Below, in pieces: positions 61,958-64,000 of a stretch of DNA of 64,000 nucleotides. Within the stretch, counting starts at the first letter, position 1. Each line of letters starts with the position of its first letter. Origin of the DNA: Chitinophaga pinensis (GTDB lineage Bacteria; Bacteroidota; Bacteroidia; Chitinophagales; CAMDFR01). The position numbers and the translations under genes are program-made. The notes under the pieces were generated by a model that saw only the letters and a list, made by a program, of their open reading frames with translations, was not told where the DNA came from and did no database searches. The stretch covers positions 56,643 through 120,642 of the forward strand of contig CAMART010000003.1 in the NCBI GenBank assembly GCA_945860705.1, read 5' to 3'.

Positions 61958-62644
61958 ATGATAGATTACAATCAAGAACAACATGAAGTAAGCCTTCGTA
62001 AAGAAAGAAATCTTCTTTACACTAGCTTTTCTATCACATTTATATTTGTTTTATTTATATGGATCATATGGGCACTAGACTCATTATTTATGCTCAATCT
62101 AGTACAGTATGGTGTACATCCTAGAACCATTATTGGTTTACGTGGCATATTATTTATGCCATATTTACATGGAAGTTTTCAGCATATTTTATCCAATACT
62201 ATTCCAGCTCTTATTTTAGGTACAGTTCTATTCAATATATATCCAAGAGTAGCGCTCAAAACTATTATTCTTATTCAAATATTTTCTGGAATCACTGTAT
62301 GGCTTATAGGTGCAACCAACTCATTTCATATAGGTGCAAGTGGAGTCATATTTGGCATTGCTTCTTTCCTCTTTTTTAGTGGCTTTTTCAGAAAAGATAG
62401 ACAAAGTGTAGCTATCTCTTTTTTTGTAGGAATGCTCTATGGAGGAAGTATGATAGCAGGTATGCTACCAATAGAACTTGGTATCTCATGGGAAGGTCAC
62501 CTAAGTGGTGCAATAGGTGGTTTTATATGTGCCTTATTATTCAAAAATATTGACCTACCAAAACCTGAAATTGAAATGCTTGAAGATAGCGATATGGATG
62601 ATAAACCTTTCTTTGAAAAGGAAGATTACGATAAGTTAAGTTAG
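61958..62644 (+). CDS. Rhomboid-family intramembrane serine protease
   Basis: LHGS..H..SN, HIGASG, SWEGHLSG; ATG 61958 preferred. Confidence 0.93.
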   Translation: MIDYNQEQHEVSLRKERNLLYTSFSITFIFVLFIWIIWALDSLFMLNLVQYGVHPRTIIGLRGILFMPYLHGSFQHILSNTIPALILGTVLFNIYPRVALKTIILIQIFSGITVWLIGATNSFHIGASGVIFGIASFLFFSGFFRKDRQSVAISFFVGMLYGGSMIAGMLPIELGISWEGHLSGAIGGFICALLFKNIDLPKPEIEMLEDSDMDDKPFFEKEDYDKLS

Positions 62645-62685
62645 TAATATAATATATTTCAAAAACTTATCCTTAGCTTTACAGC

Positions 62686-63279
62686 ATGATTATAAAAACA
62701 GCTACATTTTCTATCAGCGCACCATATTTGAGTATGTGCCCAGCTACCAAAGAAAAAGAATATGCTTTTATTGGTCGCTCAAATGTAGGCAAATCTTCTC
62801 TTATTAATTTTTTGACTAATCATCATGGATTAGCTAAAGTATCTACTACTCCTGGCAAAACTCAATTGATAAACTATTTTAATATTAATGAATCATGGTA
62901 CTTGGTAGATCTACCAGGTTATGGATTTGCTAAAGTATCAAAAACAGAAAGAGAAAAATTTGATAAAGTAATCAAAACATATATCAAAAATAGAGAGCAA
63001 CTTCAATATGTCTTTTTATTGATAGATGCTCGTATTCCACCCCAAAAAATTGATTTAGAATTTGTCAATTTCTTAGGCGAAAATGCGATTCCATTTGTTT
63101 TAGTTTTTACAAAAATGGATGTGAGTAGAAAAAATGAAACTCCAAAAAATATTGCTGCTTTCAAAAAAGAATTGTCAAAAGATTGGGAAGAACTCCCTCC
63201 TATTTTTCACACATCTTCATTCAATAAAACAGGTAAAGAAGAAATACTTGCATTTATTGCAGCAAACGAAAAAGCATAA
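62686..63279 (+). CDS. yihA: Ribosome biogenesis GTPase YihA/YsxC (EngB)
   Basis: GRSNVGKSS, PGKT, DLPGYG, TKMD. Confidence 0.96.
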   Translation: MIIKTATFSISAPYLSMCPATKEKEYAFIGRSNVGKSSLINFLTNHHGLAKVSTTPGKTQLINYFNINESWYLVDLPGYGFAKVSKTEREKFDKVIKTYIKNREQLQYVFLLIDARIPPQKIDLEFVNFLGENAIPFVLVFTKMDVSRKNETPKNIAAFKKELSKDWEELPPIFHTSSFNKTGKEEILAFIAANEKA

Positions 63280-63282
63280 TTT

Positions 63283-63999
63283 TTAATATCCATTTGGATA
63301 ATGTTTTTCTAAGTAGGGCTTCATAGTTTCACGTACTTTTTCTTTGAGTTTTTCCATATCATTTTCTACGGAAGTATATTCATCCATCTTTATGATTTCA
63401 CTCCAATACACAATTATTTTCCCAGGTTTTATAAGTATTGTATCTCTAGGCCACAACTCTCCTGCTCCTATGATGGTAAATACTGCTATGGGCAATTTTG
63501 TAGGTATTGCCAACTTAAATGCACCATCATGAAATTTTTTTAAATGTTCTTTTGTGTTATTACAAGTACCTTCAGGGAAAAGCACAATACTGGCTCCTTC
63601 TTTTGCTTTTACATAAAGTTGATCCATACTCCAAGCTCTATGGTCTTTATCATCTCTATGCACGGGTATATAAAGTTTATCTAACAAATATCCTAACACA
63701 GGCCATTTGAGTATCTCTGCTTTACCTATATATTTTTTGTAATTTTTTATTACAGTACCAGATATCAATGCATCCATATACGATCGATGATTGCCTACGA
63801 ATATAAATTGCTGATGTTCGTCTATAAGTTCTTTATTGTGCTCTTCTATTCGTATTCCCCAGAGAAATAAGGTTAACTCTGCAACATAGCATGGAAGAAA
63901 GTGCATCCTTCGTATTGTTTTTGGTCCACCAAAACTCACTCCTAAATATAAAAAAGGAAACATAGCAAATGCTAATGTGAAAAATACTAAAGCACACCA
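63283..63999 (-). CDS. 1-acyl-sn-glycerol-3-phosphate acyltransferase (PlsC family), 5' end outside the window
   Basis: NHRSYMD, FPEGT, F..GAF; frame open to the window edge. Confidence 0.9.
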   Translation of the reverse strand, partial: WCALVFFTLAFAMFPFLYLGVSFGGPKTIRRMHFLPCYVAELTLFLWGIRIEEHNKELIDEHQQFIFVGNHRSYMDALISGTVIKNYKKYIGKAEILKWPVLGYLLDKLYIPVHRDDKDHRAWSMDQLYVKAKEGASIVLFPEGTCNNTKEHLKKFHDGAFKLAIPTKLPIAVFTIIGAGELWPRDTILIKPGKIIVYWSEIIKMDEYTSVENDMEKLKEKVRETMKPYLEKHYPNGY

Positions 64000-64000
64000 G

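Overview
AT-rich chromosomal window from a Bacteroidota genome. The assignment is inferred from TAnnTTTG promoters, T9SS components, Bacteroidota-type PurM/MaeB and the scarcity of obvious Shine-Dalgarno motifs. It holds about 57 densely packed genes, mostly housekeeping (maeB, purM, lon, glpK, hppD, rluD, infC, rdgB, ilvE, mutS2, aroB, aroA, yihA), plus envelope and T9SS genes (PorV-like barrel, 1679-aa C25 protease, OmpA/PD40 protein, TonB-dependent receptor). I saw no rRNA, tRNA, transposase, integrase or cas gene. The most unusual signals are: (1) a 600-bp intergenic repeat mosaic at 36579-37184 with an alternating two-repeat array whose hairpin stems covary; (2) three 20-bp 'CYTG + 16-nt hairpin' micro-insertions, each directly after an AG; (3) an accessory XRE / lipoprotein / beta-barrel cassette whose lipoprotein is frameshifted by an exact 41-bp tandem duplication; (4) an ECF sigma with a dual-membrane-spanning-type anti-sigma that has its own ECF-like promoter; (5) a shared sigma54-like promoter architecture upstream of lon and a rhomboid protease; (6) short tandem repeats that sit in a fixed orientation right after stop codons. 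Family assignments come from motif recognition by eye; no searches were run.
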